From Podarcis vaucheri (taxonomy: Eukaryota): a DNA stretch of 64,000 bases. Made by a program: the position numbers and the translations under genes. The notes beneath the pieces are model-generated. The model had not been told where the DNA came from, ran no database searches, and saw nothing but the letters and a program-made list of their open reading frames with translations. The stretch lies in NCBI GenBank assembly GCA_965113315.1, contig OZ220367.1. One strand, written 5' to 3'. How positions within the stretch are numbered: position 1 is the first letter of the stretch; the number at the start of each line of letters is the position of its first letter. This document shows, piece after piece, positions 38,975-50,900 of the stretch.

Positions 38975-39455
38975 ACGGGTGACAAAAATGGTGAGGTCCC
39001 TGGAGACTCAAATCCTTGTAAGGAAAGAATGGAAAGTGTTTGGCTTGGAGAAGAGACTGCTTCTGTTGGTTAGAGCCTGGTGCTGATAACGCCAAGGTTG
39101 CAGGTTCAGTTCCCATATGGGACAGCTGCATATTCCTGCATCGCAGGGGGTCAGACTAGATGACCCTCAAGATCCCTGCCAGCTCTGTGATTCCATGATT
39201 CTATGAAATAATACAATGGCAATCTTCAGGTTTGGATTTAAATGATGGATCAATAATTTGCTCCAAAAGGAAGGTAGGACCCAGACCTGTGGGTTCAAAT
39301 TTCAAGGAAATCAGTGTAGATGAAATTGATGGGAGGGATCAGGCTGCCTCAGAAAGAGGTCAAGTCGCCACCTCTCAAGGATGCTGTCGGAGAGCCAGTC
39401 TTCTTCATCGCATGGGTTTGAACTAGAAGACCTTTGAGAACCCTTTTGACACCTT
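38975..39455 (+). mobile_element. Old CR1 3' fragment interrupted by a SINE
   Basis: Decayed CR1-like motifs (ACAAAAATGGTGAGG..CTGGAGAC; TGTTTGGCTTGGAGAAGAGACTG; TTGAACTAGAAGACCTTTGAG). Confidence 0.55.
39062..39206 (+). mobile_element. SINE: tRNA-Ile-like head plus CR1-type tail
   Basis: TTGGTTAGAGCCTGGTGCTGATAACGCCAAGGTTGCAGGTTC head; tail ending ATTCCATGATTCTATGA. Confidence 0.8.
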
Positions 39456-40164
39456 GTTGTTGTTGTTTAGTCGTTTAGTCGTGTCCGACTCTTCGTGACC
39501 CCCTGGACCAGAGCACACCAGGCATTCCTGTCTTCCATTGCCTCCCGCAGTTTGGTCAAACTCATGTTTGTAGCTTCAAGAACACTGTCCAACCATCTCG
39601 TCCTCTGTCGTCCCCTTCTTCTTTCCTTACAAGGATTTGAGTCTCCAGGGACCTCACCATTTTTGTCACCCGTCTTTCCCAACATCAGGGTCTTTTCCAG
39701 GGAGTCTTCTCTTCTCATGAGGTGGCCAAAGTATTGGAGGCTCAGCTTCAGGATCTGTCCTTCCAGTGAGCACTCAGGGCTGATTTCCTTCAGAATGAAG
39801 AGGTTTGATCTTCTTGCAGTCCATGGGACTCTCAAGAGTCTCCTCCAGCACCATAATTCAAAAGCATCCATTCTTCGGCGATCGGCCTTCTTTATGGTCC
39901 AGCTCTCACTTCCATACATCACTACTGGGAAAACCATGGCTTTTACTATACGGACCTTTGTTGGCAAGGTGATGTCTCTGCTTTTTAAGATGCTGCCTAG
40001 GTTTGCCATCGCCTTTCTCCCAAGAAGCAGGCGTCTTTTAATTTTGTGGCTGCTGTCACCATCTGCAGTGATCATGGAGCCCAAGAAAGTAAAATCTCTC
40101 ACTGCCTCCATTTCTTCCCCTTCTATTTGCCAGGAGGTGCGGGGACCAGTGGCCATGATCTTCG
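39456..40164 (-). mobile_element. Bov-B (RTE clade) LINE, 5'-truncated, open C-terminal ORF
   Basis: TKIMATGP...VKAMVFPVVMYGSESWTIKKADRRRMDAFELWCWRRLLRVPWTARRSN...VTKSRTRLND; (CAA)n tail; 11-bp TSD tttgacacctt. Confidence 0.95.
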
Positions 40165-40408
40165 TTTGACACCTTAGCATGGCTGATTTCATGGCTAGTG
40201 TACAGTACTGGGAAAGTGTGGTTGAGGGGATGTTATACTTTGCAAAGCAGCTGGCTTACAGAGTTCCTGATTTTAATGTTTCTTCATTGCTGTAGCCTTA
40301 ATTGTTCTCCTTTTGTTTGTTTTCATAATGCCAAATTATATTCCATTTCCCCCCTCCTGTAAGAGGTTTTACTTGAAGACTCCCATTCATTAAAGGACCT
40401 GACTGTTT

Positions 40409-40411
<3 letters not shown>

Positions 40412-40451
<40 letters not shown>
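40412..40451. repeat. (TG)n microsatellite
   Basis: About 20 TG units. Confidence 0.95.
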
Positions 40452-40453
<2 letters not shown>

Positions 40454-41214
40454 TTAATGCAAGCAGATACTGATTCTAGGGTGCTGCTGCTCATACACTG
40501 GAATAGCCGACTCCCAGATACTGTATAAAGCATGGATTCTGCTGCAGTTTAGGCACTTGCTGAAAACCTTGTTTGCTTTGGTGTTCGATGGCTCATGACT
40601 TCAGCTATTACAATTTTCAGTTTTTGGGCTGCTGTGTATGCCGTACTGTGTGCATTTTGTTTTTGTACATTACATTCTTTTTACTGCTGTAAACCACGGA
40701 AATACGTTTCTAATGACAAGTGCTCTACAAATATTTATAATAAATAATAAATTCTGATCTCTTTATGTGTGTTGAACTTGATTGAATAATTGCTGAAGTA
40801 ATCGAAAGGCAAATGTAGTTTGTGTACGGGCCCTAAAAACCTTTACTGTGAATGTTTAGGTTCATTTATTCAAAGCCTTGTCACTCCCTATCTTCAGAGC
40901 AGCTCGTTTGATGCCAGCTTTGAGCTGTTGTTTGAGAACAAAGTGACAAATAGCTTTATGTGTGAGGCAGTTTATCGTCCTCAGGCCTGTTCTAGCTTTA
41001 GAAAGAATTGCCTGGTACAGCTTGCCTTCACCCTGAACCTCCGTTCCCATCACCTTCTTATTTACATTACTAGTCAAAGTTGCCTCTTGCAGGCGGGCAG
41101 CAGAATCCAAGCTATGTTTAGCAGAAATAAGTGTTGCTTCCTTTCCCTTTGGTTGCAAGACTTTGCTCCGTACTTTGCAGCTCTAAAGGTGTGGTGCTCT
41201 TTACACTTTAGTGA

Positions 41215-41415
<201 letters not shown>

Positions 41416-41724
41416 TGATACCTATACCTGAAGAGTTCACGGTTGGAAGGAACTCCAGAAAGCCCACGCTGCCCATTAAGTCCACCATACAGTGTGCTGC
41501 ACGTAACCATGCTTGTGTTAGGATTGCAGCATAAGACTTCAGAATAGAAAAATGGATCTATCATCTGGTTTAAAGTCAATTTAATGTATAATTTTTGAAG
41601 AAAAATACATCCTATCTTTGTTTTTAGGTGATACAGACACCATCTGACCAGTTTTCCCTTCCTAGGAGATAAAAGGGAATGGTTCCTAAAAAGGTGCATG
41701 CTCTCTGCAGTTTTCCTAAGTACG

Positions 41725-42659
41725 TGTCAGGGGCATTTCTCAGCCAAAGAAATGCACACAGCAGATAGGCAACTCTTTATTGTCAAAGGTAACACCTACA
41801 GTCACTTCTACAACTCTGGATCCTGACAGACACCAGTTGAGGGTCTAGGCAGCTATTCCCAGGCCAATAATCTCAAATGGACTTGAACCGAGGGCCTCCA
41901 TGGGCCACTGCTTTGCTGTTAGACCTCCTGCAGACCAGCTCTTCATCTCTCTGTGCCTTTCCACCATGATCAATTACTGGCTTTTCCTGTCTCTGTGTAA
42001 GCTACCCCTTCCTGTTTGCAGGCTCCCATATAACAGAGCATCTGCTACATTCAGCTCACGGATTCTGCTCTGTGCTTTTTTGCCCTTTCATATTCCTGCT
42101 TTACTTCACCTTCTGAGGATCTCCTCCGCCTTGCCACACTCTCACATGCTCTGCAGAAGCCTGATATACCCGGATTAACTTTCCGGAATTGATTTACTGT
42201 CAGCGACTGTCAGCACGCTGACATGTGTGCACCGGGCGAAGGGGGGCTGGAGTCTTGACTCGGGAGAGGGGGGCAGCGGTCTGTGGGGACCTGTACCAGC
42301 CAGGAGGCAAGAATCAGAGGCAGGAGAAGCGTCCGAGCCGGAGGAAGAGGCAGGCCAGGCAAGTGAAGGGCCAGGGGCTTCCTCACCCTCTCTTCCACCA
42401 CTGTCTCCCAGAACCAGGAGAGAACTGAAGAGGGAAGAGCAGAGTCACTTTTCACGCAGGCGTAGTCTCCTGCGATGTGCACGGGAAGGTACATAAACTG
42501 GTGGAGAGAGAATGGAATGGTCCCCTGTTGCTGATGGACCTGGGAATAGCTGCCTCATTGCTAGGTTGGTGTTTATAGGTCTCCAGAGCTGCAGGAGCAA
42601 CTGTAAGTGCTCTTTGACAATAACAAGTTCACTCTCTTGACTGGGAAGTGCCCCTGGTA
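41725..42659. mobile_element. Two diverged LTR-like repeats in head-to-head orientation (about 41725-42200 minus; about 42208-42659 plus)
   Basis: Inverted similarity blocks, e.g. AGGCAGCTATTCCCAGG / CCTGGGAATAGCTGCCT; TGTCAG termini; polyA-like signals near the outer ends. Confidence 0.55.
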
Positions 42660-43943
42660 TTTCACTTCGCTTCTCCAACCCACAAATCCATTATGCCCCC
42701 TTGTTCAGACTCCTTGGTCCATCTTTCGAAGAGGCATTTCCTTTTAAAGATCTGGATCTTCCTCTCCTCCCTGCGCCAGGGCATGCTCTCTCCACCAGAC
42801 AGTGATGTGGACTAAGCACCTATGTTGCAGGAAGGGTGGAGTAAGCCCCAGTTTTACCCCCTCTTTGCAGTGCGAGCATCTGCCTGTAGTGGACAAAAAT
42901 GGTCAGCCGTTTGGTATTCACAGTCTGAGTCTGTTTTATTTCTCAATTTGTATGGGCAGGATAATAGAACCTGCTTGGCTGCAGCTCTGTACTTTTTTAT
43001 TGTTTATTTCTAAAATAAAAGATCTCGAGCATCTGTTTATATCAGTGTGTCTTCCAGGGCCTGCATCAACCTATTTTAAAGGCCAAGTTAATATTTTAGA
43101 ACTAGGGAGATTGGAAACGGAGTTAAGCTTTTAGTTAGGCCAAAGAGGCACTTCCTCACGCATCCGCTATAAATAGGCATGAACTCACGCAGTGTCACAG
43201 ATTAGGCCTGGGCCAATAAATGCACAAAAATACAACTCGGCCTTGTAAAAGGCCATATAATTAGAGCAAAGGGTTTTGGAAAGCTTGTGCTGTGAAAGAA
43301 ACAAAAAGTTCAGAATAATAACCCCTTGTACCCTAAACCTGTACTCCATCAGCCTGTCTTTTATTTAAGACATGGCTTCTTCAGGTGATTTTTAAATCTG
43401 ATTCTGTCAAGGATGCTATAGTAGTTGTATTTCCTGTGTCAGCCTGGCGGGTGGGGGGCAATGGACTGCACGCCCTTTGAGGTCTCTTCCACCTCTCTGA
43501 TTCTAAGTGGGTCATCAGATCGATTTTCCAGCTCTAAAGTGGGTTAGTGAGTAAATTTGGCATGGAATGTATGCGTACTCATCTGCTCCAGGGAATCCCC
43601 ACAGTGCTGATTCAGGTGTGTAAGAGGCTGAGGTTCCTACAGCCCATTCTGTGCTAAGAGTATTGCCCTCTGATGCACATCATCATGTCCTGGGTTTTGA
43701 TCATCAGATGTAGAAAAATTACTTTCCAGGCCTTCAACTAGGTTTGCACCAAATTCCAAGTTTCTATGTGGTGTGAGGTGGGGGGGGGGTTGGGGGGGGA
43801 GTGTGCATATACCCAGTTTTTCTAACAATCTGAGTGTGTTTGAATTACATAATACCACATTTCAGCTTTTAGTCACATGGAGGTACACAATTTTGATACC
43901 CCTATAATTGATGAAGTCATCCGTGTGTTTTGGACTTTAAAGT

Positions 43944-44021
43944 GTTGTTGTTTAGTCGTTTAGTCGTGTCCGACTCTTCGTGACCCCATGGAACAGAGCA
44001 CGCCAGGCACTCCTGTCTTCC
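43944..44021 (-). mobile_element. Very short Bov-B 3' end
   Basis: TTGTTGTTTAGTCGTTTAGTCGTGTCCGACTC terminus identical to the 39456 copy; possible TSD taaagt. Confidence 0.85.
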
Positions 44022-44606
44022 TATAAAGTATTTCCATACATTTTAGATGTTCCCTCCTTTTCCTCACATGCTTCCCCTCAACCCAGGTTCTTAAATTTTT
44101 AGAGGTCCAATTCAGAGACTGCTCCTTTGAGAGAGGTGGAAATGTAATTGGTGAATAGGATTTTCTCAGTGTGAGCCCTGAGGCACATCAATGAGTCAAC
44201 TAAAGTGCATTGATGTTCAAGGAGCTCATCAAGCCTGGTAGTGGTGAGACAAAACAAAACTCCCCGTTGCCTAAAATAGGCATCATTTATAGCATCAGAT
44301 AAATTGCTTACCTGTCACACCTAAGCTTCTAACAAACACAGATTTCCTTCAGGAAAGTGTTAAATCTCCCTTCTGTTTTTGAGCTTAAATTGAGGAAATG
44401 CTTTTTAGAAAACAGTAATCACTGTTTTCACACCCTTTGCCCTGTTATCCGTGTGGTGGGCAAATATATCAATCTCAATAAAAATAAGCAAAGCTCTATT
44501 CCGTGGCCTTCTTGAAGATCCTAATCTGATAATCCTGATGAAAGCCTGGTGTTTAAAAAGTAATGCGGTTAATATTATGTGTGCTCTTCTTTTTTTCTCC
44601 GAATAG

Positions 44607-44870
<264 letters not shown>

Positions 44871-45081
44871 TGAGTTCAGTAAATTGCAAGAGATGCTTGG
44901 GCGTGAGTATCATTATATCAAAGTGTGTCATCTCCAAGGAGCTACCGTTGTTGCTGTCCAGGGGACAGAAACCTCACAGAAACGCTCCTCTTTCCCCAGG
45001 CAAACCGCTGAGGTCGCTGTTTTAAACTTGGAGCAGTTTTCATTTTACCGCCTGTTTGAGTGGACTATTGGTCTTTCGGTT

Positions 45082-45312
45082 ACAGATAGGTAGCCGTGTT
45101 GGTCTGCCATAGTCAAAATAAAAAAATTCCTTCCAGTAGCACCTTAAAGACCAACTAAGTTAGTTCTTGGTATGAGCTTTCGTGTGCATGCACACTTCTT
45201 CAGATACATCTGAAGAAGTACATCTGAAGAAGTGTGCATGCACACGAAAGCTCATACCAAGAACTAACTTAGTTGGTCTTTAAGGTGCTACTGGAAGGAA
45301 TTTTTTTATTTT
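45082..45312. mobile_element. Penelope-like fold-back insertion; hammerhead motifs at 45170-45207 (-) and about 45220-45257 (+)
   Basis: Perfect 97-bp inverted arms 45109-45205 / 45222-45318; 19-bp TSD gactattggtctttcggtt. Confidence 0.82.
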
Positions 45313-46689
45313 GACTATTGGTCTTTCGGTTTGCATTCAGTAGCATGTTTGATTTTACACCTTTCCCTGGTTTATGACTCGGCCTTCAGTGCAAGGAAAA
45401 GCTAAACAGGGGAGTAAAAACTCTTCAGAGACCAAAGCCACAGGCCAGCACAGGTAGATGACCAACTGGGTGGATCCATTGCCCAGTTATGAAAACAGCA
45501 GAGCTCTGGAGGCCTTGGGTGTGATTTGATGGGGACAATCAGCATATCCAAGGAATGTTTACTTCTTAGTGGGTCCTCCATGCAGAGGAATGTGCTGAAG
45601 TTCATTTCTAGTCTCCAGTGGCAAACAGGCAGCCTCTTGGGCCTCTGATTTTGGCTCAGGAGCACATTTCTCTCCCAGTCTCGATCGTGGGATGGCCGCC
45701 CACAGTCCTTCCCAGGCTAAATGAAGCTTTGGTTCATACCACGCAGCCTGAGAAGGCCGTGACGGAGCATTGTGTTGGTGACTCATTTTTCAGGACGTCG
45801 CTTTCTCAAACTTCCTTGGAAGCGCTGCTCTCTGGGATATTGCCCTGCATTTTTTTACTGAATTTGGAGGTTTCTTTCACTTCTGTATCGCAGGGCTGTA
45901 CGTGGGCCCATGGTCCATACTAATAAATAGCATGTGTGAGCATATCTTGTGTCTGGTACGAAGGTTTTGTAACTTAGCCATACTGGATTTCCTGGAACAG
46001 GCCACCATTCTAAATTGTTGTGCAAATTTTTGAAGTGTAACTCCCTTCTTTAAAAATAGCACCTTGTCCTGGGAAACGACATGTTTGGCTTTCTGGGAAA
46101 GGCGTCCTGGATTTAAGTTGTTGCAGCAATGTAAAAAAGTAAAATGCCTTCTCGAAACGGCAGTTTAAAAAGTAATATTCTTTCTCAGTGTAGGTTGGGG
46201 TGGATTCAGTTTAAAACAACCCACCTGTAGCATAAGACATCTGAGAACATCCACATGTAAAAGCCTCCCTGTTTGTACAAAAGTGCTAAGCAAGAGGCCT
46301 TGGCAAGCATCCTACCAGGTTGTTCCAACTCTCTGATGCATGTAATGTCATTAGTTAATAGATCTGATGTAAAAGCCTCATCCTGTTCCTTTGCATGTTA
46401 GACTTGGGAAATTGGGAGGCATCTACTGACCGTGAGCACAGCTCTCTCCCTTTCCTGCTGCTGCTGCTCTCCCCGCATATTGTGCCAGTGGTGCGCTATG
46501 TGATATGCAAGACGACGCAGAAGGGAGAAGCTGCCTGTCTAGAGTTCCTGCAGTCTACAGAAGATGGGCAAGAAGGTGCTGGGCGTTGGAGATCTGTACT
46601 TCATAATCATTACTGGGGCTAAGATATGGGGGAATAGCCGAAGAGCTTCTGTGGTTCAGGAAAGGCTGAGGAAGAAGGCTACCTTGATC

Positions 46690-46825
46690 ATTGGGGTAGT
46701 GCGTCTGGCTGTTAACCAGAAGGTTGGTGGTTTGAGTCCAGCCAGGGGCAGCTGTGGGCAGGATTCCTCCATGCAGGGGGTTGGACCAGATCATCCATCG
46801 GGTCCCTTCCAATTCTATGATTCTA
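46690..46825 (+). mobile_element. SINE: tRNA-Asn-like head plus CR1-type tail
   Basis: GGCTGTTAACCAGAAGGTTGGTGGTTTGAGTCCAGCCAGGG resembles tRNA-Asn(GTT); then GATTCCT..ATGCAGGGGGTTGGACCAGAT...GGTCCCTTCCAATTCTATGATTCTA. Confidence 0.78.
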
Positions 46826-49800
46826 GGGCTGTCTGTAGTCCAGACTTTTAAAAAATAAATGTGTAAACTGTATAAAGCATTTAAACCAAGACGAGTTACA
46901 TGATTTTGCCTATTTTACATTATTCTGACCCACCACAGAGTTTTTCCAGGCAGGGGGAGTGGCAAGGAGCTGAAGCTCTGCACTCTGAACACGGGCAGTT
47001 TTATCCTGCATCTTTTCTGGCACCTGGGACATTGCCCACACTGTGTCAAGCCTGCCACAAAAACCCTTAAGGACTAAAAACTTGATTTTTTTAAAAAGAG
47101 GGGAGCAAGAGATTCTCAGAAAGCTGAACCAGGTATAACATTTTAATGCTTCAGCTTTCCTTTGTTCCTGTGAAGTTGGAGCAACATATGTTCTCGGTTA
47201 AGTAAAATGCTGCGTTTTGAAACCCTAGGCAGAGATAGAAAGCATCTTCAGATTTCATTGACCAATAAAACACTGAACAAGTGCGGTCAAGATTGAAAGC
47301 AAGGCAGTTGTAAGTGCAGTGTAGTCTCTAAACCAGTATGCAATATTTTAAAGTGCACATGTCACACAGACAATATTGGTGTTTGTTCCTTAAGCTTACC
47401 CGCAGGATTGGCCCTGCCACTTGTTTTACTGGATGCAATAGGGGTGAAGCCTCATTGAAAATATGTCTGGATTTTTAAGCCAACCTGTACAAAGAACCAG
47501 GAAAAAATATTATCCTTGGTCGACCATACCAATGGGCACCACAGCCAAACACAGTGTGCATCATTCCTATCTATTTCTGAACAAAAGGAGAGGCTCATGA
47601 GGCGCTATCGCTTTCTGGCACTTGGTTTGTAAAGCAATGCAGAGTTCTTATCAGGTGAAGAAAGCTCACTGAATATGATCAGCTCGGAAGAGCAAGGCCT
47701 GTCTTGTTTGCTAATGGTTTTATGCAAGCCGCTTTGAGATCCTTTTCAGCAGTGTAGGGTGTAAATGCTTTACCTAATCGTCTATGAATACAGCTGAGGA
47801 TGGGGAAAGTGGAACCTGATCTGGATGAGCTCATGGATTACACTAGAGAGCAAGTAGAGTCAACTGCAGGATAATAAGCCCTCCTGCTTGATGCTGTTGT
47901 CTTACCGGCTTGCCACAGAAGAAGGAAAGAGGGTGGGTATTGGTTGATCCAAAGCAGATATCTGTACAGCTCGGAAGACATGGGAGCAGTTAGCATCTTT
48001 GATTTTCAAAAGATGAACTAGATGGAGTGGAGAGTTAGTCTTAGTGCAGTGGAGCATAATGTTGGACTTGGACGTGGAAGACCTGTGAAGCTGGACTCAT
48101 TTCTGAGCCCTGGCAGATCCAGACATTCTTGGCACCAGTACCCCATCCATAAAATAGGAATGATGAATTTTCCCTTGGGGTGGTGGAAAAACAGAATTAA
48201 ATACAGGGCCAGCCCAAGACATTTCAGCACTTGAGGTGGACCCCAAAATGGCTCCCCCCTGCCCGCTAGGGAAGAAAGGGTAAGAGAGGATCCACATCTA
48301 TGATCGGGAACAAGGGAGGAAGCAAATCAACAGCAAGATCTGCTGGTCCAGTGGATTCTGCCACCTGAGGCAGTTGCCACGCTTTGCCTCATGGGTGGGC
48401 CGGCCCCGATTAAATGTTGTGGGGGGTAGGGTTGTGGCACTGCAGTAAATGCAGCCTGCGGTGGGGGGTTCAAACCCAAGCTGCTTTTGCTCTGCATACC
48501 ATTACTAAAAGACCTGCATCTAGCCACACAAGTCACATTATTTTGCAATTGGCTTTGTGAATTGAGAGCCATTATGATGAAGTGGATTGGGTGTTGGATC
48601 TGAACCGGGGAGACCTGGCTCCAGATCCCTACACGTGCATGAAGCTCACTGTGAATTGGCCTGGGCAAACCTACCTGGACCCCAAGATGTAAGAGATAAC
48701 ACAAAGCTTTTATAGTATGCTGAGCTCAAGCGCACACTCTCTGCCTGTGGCTTCCCACAACTGCTGTTCCTTTGGCTTCTTTTTTGCTTTGGAGCCCCTT
48801 TCATGGTGCTGGTTCTAGCCTTCAGAGGACCAGTTACCTGCTCCCATGTAGGGCTGCCTGGGAATTGAGATCAGTGCCAGAAGCCCTTGCTCTCAGCGCC
48901 ATCTCAGGAGACTCAGCAAGTGAACATGACCCTGCACTGCCCTCCCAGTTGGACTTGACCCAGCTCCCTCTTCATGTGGCATCTACCAGAAACAGAACAC
49001 ACCTTTACTTCAATGGGGGTTTCTTTGTGAGAAACTAGCCAAGTCGTATTCTTGCTAATTTTAATGTAGAACATAACCGACTCTTGCAGCTGCCAGGCTT
49101 CTGTTTTTCTTTAGTTTTTAAGTTTTTAGTTGCATTTCCATTTTACTGATCATATTATATTAGTAATATATCCAATATTCTGTGGTATCCAACGAGTGTG
49201 TCCTGTCAGCATAAGGATCAATGCTTGCTCAGTTAAACTTTCCTCTCCAAATCTGTTTCAGGGGCTTGGGGGAACCCCAAAAACAGATTTAAGGGGCGAT
49301 CAGGCATTGGGGGGCACTTCCATTGTGCAAGCAGAAATCCTTACACTGATAGGACATGCTGGTGGCATTACCATCCTGTGCTTTCATGGTTTTGTTGTGT
49401 ACCACTTTGATTACTTTTAATAAAAGGGCAGGCTATAAGTTTGTTATTAACCTTCCCAGCAGTGAGTGGCCACAGTGTTGGTGGTTGCTGTTGCGTTGGC
49501 TGGTGTTGGGGGGCTTGCCCTCGCTTCACTCAGGGCAATGGGGAGGGCAAGCAAGTCTGGCTGATGCACCCTCAGACATTCCCTGGAATCCCTGCGCTCC
49601 TGTGTCAGGTAGCACAGCGTTCCTCGCCAAAAGGATTGACGCGGACTTCGGCAGCCAGAATGCGGAAAATGCAGGAGCCGGTGCTTCTGAGCAGCATCAC
49701 ATAGTCCATAGAGCCTGTCAGTTGCACAATGGAATGGCAAAAGTGCTTCATTTCCAGGAGCTGCTATGAGCTGTCGAGAGTGAGCCGTCCTGACAGTTGG

Positions 49801-49928
49801 AGCTATAAACTGAGCTGCCGTGTTTGGGGAGCAGCCTTCTGGGGCTGTATTTCATTGCTGGCTCCACTGCAACTTAGCTGAATATAACCTGAGTGGCAGA
49901 TTCAGTGGGCAGCTATTGATCACATCCT

Positions 49929-50121
49929 ATCATAGAATCATAGAGTTGGAAGAGACCACAAGGGCCATTGAGTCCAACCCCCTGCCAAGCAGGAAGCACC
50001 ATCAGAGCACTCCTGACATATGGTTGTCAAGCCTCTGCTTAAAGACCTCCAAAGGAGACTCCACCACACTCCTTGGCAGCAAATTCCACTGTCGAACAGC
50101 TCTTACTGTCAGGAAGTTCTT
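49929..50121 (-). mobile_element. CR1 LINE 3' end
   Basis: CATAGAAT repeat tail; CR1 ORF2 end (KNFLTVRAVRQWNLLP) on the minus strand. Confidence 0.85.
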
Positions 50122-50365
50122 GCTTCCTCTTATGAGCTTCCTTTTGAAAAGTGGCGCTGATGGACGCTCCACCATGTGTCAGTCCAGCAAGAGCAGGGGC
50201 TTTAAAAGACATTTTCAGGCAGCAGTTGGGAAGACCTCCTTTGACCTGCAGTGCATCTCAACCGGGCCTGGAGCCAATCCCCACGATGGCTGGTGGTGTT
50301 GGGGAAAATAGTGCCCCGGTTTCTCCCTTGCAGCTGCTTATTGTGGTAGCTTAAAGCAGTAGTGG

Positions 50366-50719
50366 GGGACACAGGTGGCGCTGTGGTGTAAACCACTGAG
50401 CCTTGGGCTTGGCGATCGGAAGGTTGGCGGTTCAAGGCCCCATGACAGGGTGAGCTCCCGTTGTTCGGTCCCAGCTCCTGCCAACCTAGCAGTTCAAAAG
50501 CATGCCGTGCAAGTAGATAAATAGGTACCGCTCTGGCGGAAAGGTAAATGGCATTTCCATGCTCTGCTCGGCTGAGTCATGCTGGCCACATGACCCGGAA
50601 AAACTATCTGCGGAAGCGTACAAATGCCGGCTCCCTTGGCCTGTAGAGTGAAATGAGCGCTGCAACCCCAGAGTCATTCGCAACTGGACTTAACTGTCAG
50701 GGGTACCTTTACCTTTACC
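50366..50719 (+). mobile_element. Full-length Sauria SINE
   Basis: A and B boxes; (ACCTTT)n tail; about 14-bp TSD taaagcag(t/c)agtgg. Confidence 0.9.
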
Positions 50720-50749
50720 TAAAGCAGCAGTGGTCAACCAGGTGCTTAG

Positions 50750-50900
50750 AGGGTATTTATTTTCTGCATTTATCTCTCACCTTCCTTACATCCCAGAAGC
50801 CAAGGGTTCCCAGGCCGTCCACACATCTAGGCACTGACCAGAACTAGACCTGCTTAGCTTCAACAAGGTTGCGGTCTCCTGTGCTTTCAGACATGAGGGC
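50750..50900 (-). mobile_element. Degenerate 5S-derived SINE remnant
   Basis: Minus strand GAAGCTAAGCAGGTCTAGTTCTGGTCAGTGCCTAGATG resembles the 5S internal promoter. Confidence 0.5.

Noticed and set aside
39495-40169. 224-aa plus-strand ORF
   Set aside because: Antisense frame of the Bov-B fragment.
43776-43800. G-runs with G-quadruplex potential (also about 9800-9830)
   Set aside because: Simple low-complexity tracts with no evidence of function.
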